Source of the DNA: Chloroflexota bacterium
GTDB lineage: Bacteria > Chloroflexota > UBA6077 > FW602-bin22 > JAMCWG01
Reading direction: 5' to 3'
Assembly (NCBI GenBank): GCA_023475235.1
Contig: JAMCWG010000116.1
Location: 23,876 to 87,875 of the forward strand
Length of the DNA: 64,000 nucleotides
Numbering within the stretch: position 1 is the stretch's first letter; each line of letters begins with the position of its first letter. The notes beneath the pieces are model-generated. The model worked only from the letters and a program-made list of their open reading frames with translations, did not search any database and was not told where the DNA came from. This document shows positions 27,375 through 36,535 of the stretch, piece by piece. A program made the position numbers and the translations under genes.

Positions 27375-28424
27375 ATGCGGACGATACTCGTCGGAGCGTT
27401 GGTCGTGAGCCTCCTGATGGCCGGTCGGCCTCAGCCGGCAGCCTCGGCGTCAGCGCTGGAGTGGGAGCTTCCCTCTGGCCACTTCTTCACCCAGGCGAAC
27501 GGCTTCCCGACGGGCAGCAGCCCCAAAGGCTTCAGCGTGACCGACGACGGAGGCGTTCGCTTCTGGAGCGAGTTCCAGCGTCTGGGCGGCGTCGACAGCC
27601 TGGGCTACCCCGTCTCGCGCCGTTTCATCTGGGATGGATACGTCTCCCAGGCGATGCAGAAGGGCGTGCTGCAGTGGCGTCCTGACCAGGGAAAGGCCCT
27701 CCTGGTGAACGCCCTGGACCAGTTGACTGCCGCCTCGAAAGACGACTGGCTGTTCAACGTGCGTGGCACGCCGCGGCCGCTCGATAGCAGCTTCGATGCG
27801 GGCAAGAGCCCGAGCGACATCGTCAATGCCCGGCTGGCCCTGCTCGACGCGCGCCCGGCTATGCGAGACGCCTACTTCGGCGTGGACGAGCCGCTCCAGC
27901 GCTATGGCTTGCCCACTTCTCGGGTAGAGGATATGGGCACTGCCTATGTGGTCCGGCTGCAGCGTGCGGTGCTGCAGGAATGGAAGGTCGATACAGCGTG
28001 GGCCAGGGCCGGACAGGTGACCGTGGCCAACGGCGGCGACCTCGCAAAAGAGGCGGGCATACTCCCGGCCAAAGCCCCCTATCCCGAGGACCCGCCGCCG
28101 GGCCTTTGGAAGCCCCAGGCCGGCGAGTATCGGGTGAGCGGCGATGCCACCTGGTACGGCGGCCAGTTCCACGGCCGGAAGATGGCGAACGGCCAGACCT
28201 ACGATATGAACGACGTCACTACCGTGGCCAGCAATATGTATCCCCTGGGGACCAAAGTGAAAATCACCCACGGGACCACCGGCGCCAGCATCACGGCAGT
28301 GGTAAAGGACACCGGCGGCTTCCGCTTCCCCATCGTGGCGGACCTGAGCTTCGCCGCCTTCGGCAAGCTGGCCGACCCCAAAGTAGGGAGAATCCCGGCG
28401 GTAGTGGAGGTCCTGCCTCCTTAG
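27375..28424 (+). CDS. Secreted protein with Chloroflexota-type N-terminal repeat domain and C-terminal RlpA-like DPBB domain
   Basis: Signal peptide; FQRLGG..LGYPVS...QKGVLQW motif; ATWYGGQFHGRKMANG...DTGGF...DLSFAAF DPBB motifs. Confidence 0.8.
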   Translation: MRTILVGALVVSLLMAGRPQPAASASALEWELPSGHFFTQANGFPTGSSPKGFSVTDDGGVRFWSEFQRLGGVDSLGYPVSRRFIWDGYVSQAMQKGVLQWRPDQGKALLVNALDQLTAASKDDWLFNVRGTPRPLDSSFDAGKSPSDIVNARLALLDARPAMRDAYFGVDEPLQRYGLPTSRVEDMGTAYVVRLQRAVLQEWKVDTAWARAGQVTVANGGDLAKEAGILPAKAPYPEDPPPGLWKPQAGEYRVSGDATWYGGQFHGRKMANGQTYDMNDVTTVASNMYPLGTKVKITHGTTGASITAVVKDTGGFRFPIVADLSFAAFGKLADPKVGRIPAVVEVLPP

Positions 28425-28431
28425 GGGGCGA

Positions 28432-29010
28432 CTACTTCGCCTTCGGCCCTTGGAAGTCTTCGTGGAAGCGGCTGGGAGTGGGCTCTTCCTGTCCCTGATA
28501 CTTGCTGCCCAGGACGGCGGAGCCGTACGGGTGCTCGACCGGCGTGGTCATCCGCAGGAAGGATATCTGCCCGATGCGCATGCCATAGTACAACGTGATG
28601 GGAAGGTTGGCGACGTTGCTCAGCTCCAGGGTGAGGCGTCCCTGCCAGCCCGGATCGACGTAGCCGGCAGTGGAGTGTATGATCAGCCCGAGCCGTCCCA
28701 GCGAGCTCTTGCCCTCCAGCCGTCCCACGATGTCGTCCGGCAGCCCCACCCATTCCAGCGTGCTGCCCAGCACGAACTCGCCGGGATGGAGCATAAACGG
28801 CTCGTCGGGCTTGACCTCGACTAGCTCGGTGAGGCCATCCTGGTTGCAGCGGACGTCGATATAGGGGTAGCGAGTGTTGCGGAACACCCGGAACTGGCTG
28901 CTCAGATGGAGGTCGACGCTGGAGGGCTGGAGGCAAGCCGGGTCGAAAGGGCGAATGACGATGCGGCCAGCATCGAGCTGCTCTTTGATCGTCTTATCAC
29001 TCAATACCAC
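28432..29010 (-). CDS. dcd: dCTP deaminase
   Basis: LQPSSVDL, LEGKSSLGRLG, AGYVDPG, LTLE and KYQGQ motifs; GTG start with AAGGAG RBS. Confidence 0.96.
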   Translation of the reverse strand: MVLSDKTIKEQLDAGRIVIRPFDPACLQPSSVDLHLSSQFRVFRNTRYPYIDVRCNQDGLTELVEVKPDEPFMLHPGEFVLGSTLEWVGLPDDIVGRLEGKSSLGRLGLIIHSTAGYVDPGWQGRLTLELSNVANLPITLYYGMRIGQISFLRMTTPVEHPYGSAVLGSKYQGQEEPTPSRFHEDFQGPKAK

Positions 29011-29095
29011 CGGCGTGTCTCCTTCAGAAGCTGCAACCGCGGGCATCGGGGCGGGACGTCGCGTCTCAGCCCTCCAATTCCCCCGGCGGCATCGA

Positions 29096-30337
29096 TCATA
29101 TCCCGGCCGATACCCGGGGGGTCGGTTGTTTCAGTGTGATATCGAAGCGCAACACCAGCCACGCAATGGGGCCGCTGGGGTTGCTCATCGGCTCGGTCTC
29201 CACTTCCAAGACCGACACCCGCGCGCGGAGCGCCGCCCCTTCCAGGGTCATCGAGCGCCCGGGTTCGGCTGGAAGCGCGGCTTGAATGGGCTGGCTGTTC
29301 AGCCAGTCCTCCAGGTCTTGAGGCCTGTCGTAGTATAGTCCCCGGCTGACCAGCACGGTGTTGCGGAGCACGTGCGGATTTCGATAATCGTGCAGCCAGA
29401 CCACCATCGTGTGGTATCGCTCGGGCCGGCTGGGGTCCGACGCCAGGCCAGGGCTGAGGCCGCAGGCGCCGATGAGCACGGCGGTCTGGTCCTCCAGGAT
29501 GGGGTACACCTCCTGGTAGGGGTCCTGCCCTGCCCGGTAAGTAGACTGAAACGAGAGCAACAGGCGTCCGGGCTCGGCCACGGGCTCGGGGGGTGGCTCG
29601 ACTCCCCACGGGCGCGGCGACGGCTCGATATCAGCTTCGTACGACGCCGGCCTTCTCGCGGTCATGCTCCGCTCTCTCCGTCGGGCCGACTGCCGGCTGG
29701 AGGTGAGGCGACTCCACCACTGCTTGGGGGCTTCGAGCCAGCGGGCCGGCGTCGGTTCTTCTATCGGCTCTGCCGGCGGAGCGCTGGCCCTCCCCATCGA
29801 ATCGTCTATCGGCTCGGCTGGCGGTCTCAGCCGCCTGGCTCCCTGGCCGAGGCCGGCGAAGGCCGTGCTCCAGCGGCCGCGCGTGACGCTGGCCATGAAG
29901 GACCCCACCATCAGAAGCAGGAACACCACCAGCAGGGTCGTCCCCAGCCAGCCCAGATCGTCTTTCGATCCCTGGCCGGAGGGACGGCCTGCCGGCTTAG
30001 ATAGCCCCAGGTCCTTCGCCAGGCGGCCCAGGCTTTGAGCTTCCCGCGGCTGGTCGGGATGTGTCTTCGGGTAGTTGGACGCCAGGTCGTCCACTACCTG
30101 ATCGGAGCCTTTCTCCCCCAACAGCGCCAGGCGATCGCGTGCGTTGTTCAGCACGCCCTCCCGGTCATACAAGTAGGCAATCAGAACGATCGTCTCATCA
30201 GTTGGGGCATCTCTCATCAGCGGGTCGACGATGGGTGGCAGGGTGGAGGCCAGAAGGACACCCAGCAGGAGTATGCTAACAAACACCACTGCTGAGATGA
30301 TCAGCCAGCCACTTTCGCCGCGCCGGTGTGGACGCAC
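29096..30337 (-). CDS. Conserved hypothetical membrane protein (2 TM, cytoplasmic C-terminal beta domain)
   Basis: N-terminal TM, IAYLY...ARDRLALL motif, second TM, and C-terminal IGACG/VWLHD domain. Confidence 0.7.
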   Translation of the reverse strand: MRPHRRGESGWLIISAVVFVSILLLGVLLASTLPPIVDPLMRDAPTDETIVLIAYLYDREGVLNNARDRLALLGEKGSDQVVDDLASNYPKTHPDQPREAQSLGRLAKDLGLSKPAGRPSGQGSKDDLGWLGTTLLVVFLLLMVGSFMASVTRGRWSTAFAGLGQGARRLRPPAEPIDDSMGRASAPPAEPIEEPTPARWLEAPKQWWSRLTSSRQSARRRERSMTARRPASYEADIEPSPRPWGVEPPPEPVAEPGRLLLSFQSTYRAGQDPYQEVYPILEDQTAVLIGACGLSPGLASDPSRPERYHTMVVWLHDYRNPHVLRNTVLVSRGLYYDRPQDLEDWLNSQPIQAALPAEPGRSMTLEGAALRARVSVLEVETEPMSNPSGPIAWLVLRFDITLKQPTPRVSAGI

Positions 30338-31015
30338 TCACCACTCCACTAGCCGATAGTACACGAAACCGGTGGAACCTTCGAACTCGATTTCGTACCA
30401 CCAGGGCTCGCCCGGAGAAACCGCCTCGCCTTCCACCACTCGCAGGATACGTACCTTGGCTTCAGCCGGTAGAATGCGAATGACGGGAGAGTTGACCGTC
30501 GCCGGCTTGATGCGCAGGTTGGTCGATCCGCCGCCCTCCGGACGGATCACGCCCGGGCGCGGGAGCTGATTTGCCGCGAGCGGCGGAAGCCGGCCGCCGG
30601 GGGCAGGGGTAGGCGTGGTGCTCGCTGCTGGTGGTGTCGGAATCGACGCCATTGCCGTGGGCGAGGCGGCCGGAGCGCCGGGCTTTGCCTTCGGCGTGCC
30701 CGTTGTCTTCGGAGTAGTTGCCAGCGCTTCGGCCAGGCGACGCAACGCCACAGCCTGGTCCCTCTTCTGAGGGTCGCGATCATATTTATCGGACATCGAC
30801 CGTAGCGTGCCGGGAAGGTCGTAGCCCTTCAGCCAGGCCAGGCGGTCCCTCACGCTGTCGATGCTCTCTCCCTCAGCGTACAGGGTAGCAGCCATCGCCA
30901 GGTAGGACTCGATGCTTGCGTTGCGGGGCCCCGAAATCCGAGTTCCGAGCACCAGACCCAGGGCCAGGCCCAATGCCGCAAGTCCCAGCATTAGCGCTGT
31001 GCGGCTGAACTGCAC
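30338..31015 (-). CDS. Membrane-anchored protein with C-terminal SH3b-like domain
   Basis: N-terminal TM, Pro/Thr linker, and NLRxxP...WYEIEF..GFVY SH3b pattern. Confidence 0.75.
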   Translation of the reverse strand: MQFSRTALMLGLAALGLALGLVLGTRISGPRNASIESYLAMAATLYAEGESIDSVRDRLAWLKGYDLPGTLRSMSDKYDRDPQKRDQAVALRRLAEALATTPKTTGTPKAKPGAPAASPTAMASIPTPPAASTTPTPAPGGRLPPLAANQLPRPGVIRPEGGGSTNLRIKPATVNSPVIRILPAEAKVRILRVVEGEAVSPGEPWWYEIEFEGSTGFVYYRLVEW

Positions 31016-31039
31016 AGGCGGCTCCTTTTCGGCGAATAG

Positions 31040-31900
31040 TTACATATACTGGTCAATAATAGCAGCCAAACGTTGTCTAGTTTCGACAGGCACCAGATGT
31101 TTCTCGGTTACCAGGGCATCGCTCAGTGCCCGCTGGCAATGGCAAGTGTGCATGGGCGGCATCGACGGAATAGCTTTGAGCAGCACTTGCTGCGAGGTCG
31201 CCACGTTCTTGAGCAGGTTCATTACCACCATCTCTGCCGTGACGGCTTCCGTGGTCTCGTGCCAGACATCGTAATCGGTGACCATAGCCAGCGCGCCGTA
31301 GCAGATCTCGGCTTCGCGGGCCAGCTTGGCCTCCGGTATGGCCGTCATACCGATGATGTCCATTCCCCATTGCCGGTAGACCCGCGACTCGGCTTTGGTG
31401 GAGAACTGGGGACCTTCGATGCACACGTAAGCCCCCCCTTTGTGCACCCGGGGGGTGACACTCAAGGCCGTCTCGTAAAGGTGCTGGCTGAGCGCCGGGC
31501 AGAAAGGCTCGGCCATCCCCACGTGGGCCACCAGGCCATCGCCGAAGAAGGTGCCGACCCGGCCGCGCGTCCGGTCGAAGAGCTGGTCCGGGACCACGAT
31601 ATCGAGAGGCGCGTAGTCCTCTCGCAGGCTGCCCACGGCGCTGACGGAGACGATCGATTCTATGCCGAGCAGCTTCAGCGCGTAGATATTGGCGCGGAAG
31701 GGCAATTCGCTGGGGCTGATGCGGTGCCCCCGGCCGTGCCTGGGAAGAAAGGCGACCGATGTGTCGCCCAGGTTGCCGATGGTTATGGCGTCGCTGGGAG
31801 CGCCGAAAGGCGTGTCGATTCGGACTTCTTCGACATTGGTCAGGCCTTCCATCTGATAGAGGCCGCTGCCTCCGATTACCCCCACTTTTGCTCGCGCCAT
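31040..31900 (-). CDS. mtnP: S-methyl-5'-thioadenosine phosphorylase
   Basis: GVIGGSG, FLPRHG, SAVGSL, EGPQFSTKAES, IGMT and VTDYD motifs. Confidence 0.96.
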   Translation of the reverse strand: MARAKVGVIGGSGLYQMEGLTNVEEVRIDTPFGAPSDAITIGNLGDTSVAFLPRHGRGHRISPSELPFRANIYALKLLGIESIVSVSAVGSLREDYAPLDIVVPDQLFDRTRGRVGTFFGDGLVAHVGMAEPFCPALSQHLYETALSVTPRVHKGGAYVCIEGPQFSTKAESRVYRQWGMDIIGMTAIPEAKLAREAEICYGALAMVTDYDVWHETTEAVTAEMVVMNLLKNVATSQQVLLKAIPSMPPMHTCHCQRALSDALVTEKHLVPVETRQRLAAIIDQYM

Positions 31901-31959
31901 CTGTTCTCCTTCGTTGCCAGTGTCGTTCGGTGTAGGACTGCATTCGAATATCGTATGTG

Positions 31960-32056
31960 ATTATAGGGACTAGTTAAGTCGGGGTCAACTTATATTTATT
32001 ATCTGGAGTTTATTACGGTCACTCGAATTGACACTCACCGCTTCAGACGCTATCAT
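31960..32056. promoter_or_regulatory. Divergent sigma70 promoters
   Basis: Minus strand TTGACC-17-TATAAT (31960-31988); plus strand TTGACA-17-TATCAT (32028-32056); AT-rich spacer between them. Confidence 0.7.
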
Positions 32057-32161
32057 CCCTGTGGCAGGCCAATCGGTGATGGGCCTGCGCTTACGACGAC
32101 TTTCGGAGCGAGCGGCTGCCCGACGGCCGCTCCCTCAAGATTATCACGGTAGGAACTGCTA

Positions 32162-32983
32162 ATGGCTCGCTCACGATCACGACGCTCATCAGGAGGTGGC
32201 CTTCCACTTGTTCTGGGCACCCTTGCCCTGCTGTTGCTCTTCGGGGTGATCGGCTTCGCTGCCTACGTGTACTTCTTCGTGCCCCCCGACGAGGAGAACG
32301 GGAATGATTCCGGGAACGTCGTCCAGGCCAACGTGGCCGCGGCGCCCACCCCCACGCTGTCCGCTTCGGTCGTCTACTCGGGAACCGCCGCCACGCCGGC
32401 AGGCTCGCAGCCCAGGGCGACGCCTGCATCGGGTGCCAGCGGCTCTCCCACGCCACGAGGGGGAACGGCGTTGCCCACGCCGAGCGGTTCCGGTCCGACT
32501 CCGACCACGGGTGCGCCTCTGAGCGGGACCTTGACGTATCGGTCTACCCAATTCCCGTACTCGTTGAGCTATCCAGAGACATGGTCGCCGCGGCCTGGAG
32601 GCGTCAAGGTAGGCAATCTAACGGCAGATGCCTTCCTGGGGCAGAGCCAGAGCGGCTTCACGCCCAGCATCACCCTCTATGCCCAGCCGGTGGCCGCGGG
32701 CGTGGAGAGCGAGACGTTTGCGCTCACCAACCTGCAGAGCCTGGGCGCCGGTGGCATCCAGGCCCAGGCGCAACCGGAGTCTGTCCCACCGGGAGCCCGG
32801 GCGATGATCGTGAAATACCCCGTATCGTCGGGCGAGCTCCGCTACAATGTGACCCAGGTCCTCTTCGTCCAGCAAGGCATGGGATGGGTAGTCACGCTGT
32901 CCACCCCGTTAGCGGATAACGGGAGCGGCCTCGCCGCGTTGCGACAGATGCTGGCGTCTTTCCGGAGCGAGCGGCCGGGGTAG
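32162..32983 (+). CDS. Membrane-anchored protein with Pro/Thr linker and PsbP/Mog1-like C-terminal domain
   Basis: Single N-terminal TM; YSLSYPETW ... MLASFR pattern typical of PsbP-like domains. Confidence 0.6.
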   Translation: MARSRSRRSSGGGLPLVLGTLALLLLFGVIGFAAYVYFFVPPDEENGNDSGNVVQANVAAAPTPTLSASVVYSGTAATPAGSQPRATPASGASGSPTPRGGTALPTPSGSGPTPTTGAPLSGTLTYRSTQFPYSLSYPETWSPRPGGVKVGNLTADAFLGQSQSGFTPSITLYAQPVAAGVESETFALTNLQSLGAGGIQAQAQPESVPPGARAMIVKYPVSSGELRYNVTQVLFVQQGMGWVVTLSTPLADNGSGLAALRQMLASFRSERPG

Positions 32984-33008
32984 GCGGGCTGGCAGGTCGC
33001 CAATCCAG

Positions 33009-33037
33009 TTGACAGTTACGTCGACAGAGCGTATAAT
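33009..33037 (+). promoter_or_regulatory. Consensus sigma70 promoter for the rpmH operon
   Basis: TTGACA-17 nt-TATAAT. Confidence 0.85.
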
Positions 33038-33069
33038 CCCTTACAAGAGCCAGAACGAAAGGTGAAAAC

Positions 33070-33210
33070 TTGCCGAAGCGAACATATCAACCAAAAAGCA
33101 TCCCTCGCAAGCGAGAACACGGGTTCCTGGCACGGATGAGCACTCGCGGCGGGAGAGCAGTCCTGAGGGCGCGGCGTCTGAAAGGGATAAAACGGCTAAC
33201 GGTAGTCTAA
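33070..33210 (+). CDS. rpmH: 50S ribosomal protein L34 (absent from the ORF track)
   Basis: TTG start; reads [46 protein letters not shown]. Confidence 0.97.
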   Translation: MPKRTYQPKSIPRKREHGFLARMSTRGGRAVLRARRLKGIKRLTVV

Positions 33211-33282
33211 GTACTTCGGATGATTGCGCCGGTGGCAGAAAAAGAGCGGGGGCACCCCGCCAAAGCCACCGGCAATTGCTTC

Positions 33283-33669
33283 ATGTGGAAGCAACACCGA
33301 TTGACCAAGCGGGCGGAGTTCGAAAAGGTACGCCGGGACGGGAAAGCCTGGGGCAATCCCTGGGTAGTTGTCTACGCCTCTCCAAACGCCGTTTCTGTGA
33401 CCCGATTCGGGTTTTCGATAGGCAGGCGGTTGGGGACGGCTGTGGTGCGGAATCGGGTACGCCGGAGGCTCCGGGAAATAGTGCGACGGTACACCGAGCG
33501 GCTGCGCCCAGGCTGGGACCTGGTGATCATAGCCCGGCAGCGGGCAGTGGCTGCTTCGTACCAGGAGTTGCAGGCGGCGATGCACCAGGCCCTGGAACGG
33601 ACCGGACTACTGGCCGAGCGAGGATCGAATGATGAGCCAGAAACCGGCCGGGGAGCGGGCCGGGTGTGA
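33283..33669 (+). CDS. rnpA: Ribonuclease P protein component
   Basis: RL.KRAEF, RFGFS and [13 protein letters not shown] (RNR motif). Confidence 0.96.
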   Translation: MWKQHRLTKRAEFEKVRRDGKAWGNPWVVVYASPNAVSVTRFGFSIGRRLGTAVVRNRVRRRLREIVRRYTERLRPGWDLVIIARQRAVAASYQELQAAMHQALERTGLLAERGSNDEPETGRGAGRV

Positions 33670-33895
33670 GCCGGCCAGGTCGCTCTCCCAGACGATGGTG
33701 ATGGGGTTGATACGATTGTATCAGCGCACACTCTCCAGGGTGCTTCCCCCGTCCTGTCGCTTCTATCCTACCTGCTCAGAGTATGGGTGGGAAGCGGTGC
33801 GCCGATATGGCGTGTGGCGCGGCGGGTGGCTGATTGTGAAGCGGTTAGCCAGGTGCCATCCGTTCAATCCTGGCGGTTACGATCCGGTCCGGTAG
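33629..33895 (+). CDS. yidD: Membrane protein insertion efficiency factor
   Basis: [10 protein letters not shown] and [13 protein letters not shown] motifs. Confidence 0.95.
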   Translation: MMSQKPAGERAGCEPARSLSQTMVMGLIRLYQRTLSRVLPPSCRFYPTCSEYGWEAVRRYGVWRGGWLIVKRLARCHPFNPGGYDPVR

Positions 33896-33936
33896 CTTCA
33901 CTTACACGGGCTGACAGGGGGTATATTTAGGAATTT

Positions 33937-34812
33937 ATGGGTGAACTTTGGGCCGCAGTCATAAATACTCTTGCTGCAGGCCTGGTGTACTTTCATTCTA
34001 CATTTGCTCAGTGGGGCTTGCCCGGCGGGTGGGCCCTCTCTATAGTCGCGTTCACGGTAGTAATCAGAATTTTGACTTTCCCGCTCACGTACCAGCAGCT
34101 CAAGTCCTCGCGCGCGATGCAGGAGCTCCAGCCGAAGCTAAGGGAGATCCAGAAGCAGTACGCCAAGGACAAAGAGAAGCAGATGCAGGAGCAGATGCGA
34201 CTCTACAAAGAGCACGGTGTCAACCCCGCGCTGGGATGCGTGCCGATGCTCATCCAGATGCCAATATGGTTCGCGCTGTACCGTGCGCTGTATGAGCTGC
34301 CTCAGCTCTACCCCGATTTCGCACAGCCGTTTCTGTGGATTACGAATCTGGCCCAGCCGGAGGCCCTGTTAGCATGGCCACCGATGGGATGGCCGATACT
34401 GACCCTGTTCACGGGCATATCGCAGTGGGCGCTGCAAAAAATGATGACGCCCCACTCCGATGATCCACAGCAGCAGATGATGAACTCGATGATGCAGTTT
34501 ATGCCGCTGATGTTTGTGTTCTTTGCATTCCAAGTGCCGGCAGGGCTGGTGCTATATTGGGCTACTTCAAACCTCTTTAGTCTGGTTCAACAGTACTTCA
34601 TGACTGGATGGGGCTCGCTTCTCCCCGCTCGGCAGACCCTGGCTACTGCCGCGACCGGCGCTGGTATGACGGCCAGAGCATCATCCGCCATCGGGAGCGG
34701 CGCGGATGCCCAGGTGGCCAGCGGCAACCCTGGCAATGGCAGGGATGCCGGCGGCGATTCTGGCGAGGCGTCGGAGCGGTCGCGAAGGCGACGGGGGAGA
34801 AAAAAGAAGTAG
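33937..34812 (+). CDS. yidC: Membrane protein insertase YidC/Oxa1
   Basis: MQELQPKL, NPALGCVPMLIQMPI and GLVLYWATSN motifs; basic C-tail. Confidence 0.95.
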   Translation: MGELWAAVINTLAAGLVYFHSTFAQWGLPGGWALSIVAFTVVIRILTFPLTYQQLKSSRAMQELQPKLREIQKQYAKDKEKQMQEQMRLYKEHGVNPALGCVPMLIQMPIWFALYRALYELPQLYPDFAQPFLWITNLAQPEALLAWPPMGWPILTLFTGISQWALQKMMTPHSDDPQQQMMNSMMQFMPLMFVFFAFQVPAGLVLYWATSNLFSLVQQYFMTGWGSLLPARQTLATAATGAGMTARASSAIGSGADAQVASGNPGNGRDAGGDSGEASERSRRRRGRKKK

Positions 34813-34895
34813 ACCAAGCAGGCTACCAGGACCGGCCGTATAGAGGGCTGTCGGTTATAACTTCTAGTGAGCCCTGTGCTTCGAAGGAGGACGGT

Positions 34896-35561
34896 GTGGA
34901 AAGCCTGGAGATAACGGCCAAGAGTGTAAGAGAGGCGATAGAAATCGCGGTCGCCCGATTACAGGTCCCAGAGGATCGCCTCGAGATATCGATCCTTTCG
35001 GAGGGGAGTCGCGGCATACTAGGTATTGGTGGAGAGAGCGCTCGAATCCTCGTTTCGGTCCGGGGGGCCGAGGCGGAGCCACCGTCCGCCGAGAGAATAA
35101 AAGAAGTGGCGCAGGAAGTCTTGCAGACGATCCTCGACGGCATGCACATTCCGGCCAGCGTCACGGTTCGTAAGCCTGCCGAGGCGGCAGGCCCCGACGA
35201 GGAGCCGGTAGTGCTGGACATAACCGGCGAGAATATGGGCATCCTGATCGGCCGGCGCGGCGAGACGCTTAGCTGTCTGCAGTTTCTCACCAACCTCATC
35301 GTGGGACGCCGGCTCCAGTACTGGCCCAGGGTAATAGTAGATGTCGAAGGCTACCGTCTGCGCCGGGAGGAATACCTGAGTGGACTGGCCCGGCGTGTTG
35401 CCGACCGGGTGCGCACCCGCAGGCAGCCCGTGACCCTCGACCCTATGCCAGCCCACGAGCGCCGGGTGGTGCATCTCGCGCTGCGGAACAGCCCGTACGT
35501 CACGACCGAGAGCATCGGCGAGGGTGACGAGCGCAGAGTAGTCATCTCCCCCAAAGCCTGA
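34896..35561 (+). CDS. jag: RNA-binding protein Jag/KhpB (Jag_N, KH, R3H)
   Basis: GILGIG, LIGRRGETL and ERRVVH motifs; GTG start with AAGGAGG RBS. Confidence 0.95.
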   Translation: MESLEITAKSVREAIEIAVARLQVPEDRLEISILSEGSRGILGIGGESARILVSVRGAEAEPPSAERIKEVAQEVLQTILDGMHIPASVTVRKPAEAAGPDEEPVVLDITGENMGILIGRRGETLSCLQFLTNLIVGRRLQYWPRVIVDVEGYRLRREEYLSGLARRVADRVRTRRQPVTLDPMPAHERRVVHLALRNSPYVTTESIGEGDERRVVISPKA

Positions 35562-35563
35562 CC

Positions 35564-36418
35564 TTGTCACCGCCGTTCTCTGGACTGGCATTCCTGGTCG
35601 TCGGGCATATCTGCCGCGACCTGACGCCGGGCGGCGAGCGGCTCGGCGGATGCGCTGCCTACGCGGCGCTGACGGCCCATCGGCTGGGAGCGACGGTCAG
35701 GGTCGTCACCGCAGCGGGCCCGGACCTCGCGCTGGACGACACATTCGACGGGATCGATGTCCGGTGCGCCCCCTCCGAGCGCACCACTACCTTCTGCAAT
35801 ATCTATTCCGACAACCGCCGCCGCCAGGTGCTGCTGGCCCAGGCTACGCCCATTCAGGACATTCCCCCCGAATGGCGAAAGGGCACCGTCGTCCTGTTGG
35901 GCCCTATCGCCCAGGAAGTACCCCCTGATTTGATCAAGCTTTTCTCTGATTCACTGGTGGCCGTCGCGCCCCAGGGCTGGATGCGGAAATGGGATGAGCG
36001 CGGGAACGTCCGGCAATGTCCCTGGCGGGATGCCGAATCGGTCCTGCGTCGGTCGGATGCCGCCATCTTGAGCGCCCACGACATGGGCGACGATTCTCAG
36101 TTGCTCGCCCAATATGCCCGGTGGGCGCGGCTGCTTGCAGTCACGCAGGGCCCCGCCGGGGCTACCGTGCACTGCCGGGGCCAGCGCGTGCATTGCCCGG
36201 CGTGGCCGGCTGTGGAGGCCGACCCAACCGGCGCGGGAGACGTCTTTGCGGCGGCGTTCTTGCTCCATCTGGCACGACGCGGTGACCCGCGGACTGCCGC
36301 CGACTTCGCCAACTGTGTGGCCAGCTTTGCCGTGGAGCGGCCCGGCCTGGCCGGCGTGCCCTCTTGGGAAGAGGTGAGGGAGCGATGGCGGCGCGGTGGA
36401 GAAAGCCTGCCCATCTGA
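35564..36418 (+). CDS. PfkB family carbohydrate kinase
   Basis: GH..D, LGG and DPTGAGDVF motifs. Confidence 0.88.
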   Translation: MSPPFSGLAFLVVGHICRDLTPGGERLGGCAAYAALTAHRLGATVRVVTAAGPDLALDDTFDGIDVRCAPSERTTTFCNIYSDNRRRQVLLAQATPIQDIPPEWRKGTVVLLGPIAQEVPPDLIKLFSDSLVAVAPQGWMRKWDERGNVRQCPWRDAESVLRRSDAAILSAHDMGDDSQLLAQYARWARLLAVTQGPAGATVHCRGQRVHCPAWPAVEADPTGAGDVFAAAFLLHLARRGDPRTAADFANCVASFAVERPGLAGVPSWEEVRERWRRGGESLPI

Positions 36419-36535
36419 GCGCAGACGGCGCGGCCAGGCGCGTTGACTTCGTAACGTGCAGCCGAGCCAAGTGAGCGAAAGCCGTCGCGTGAGCAGGCCG
36501 ATTTGTATCGGCCTGCTCATATTATTGATTGCTGG

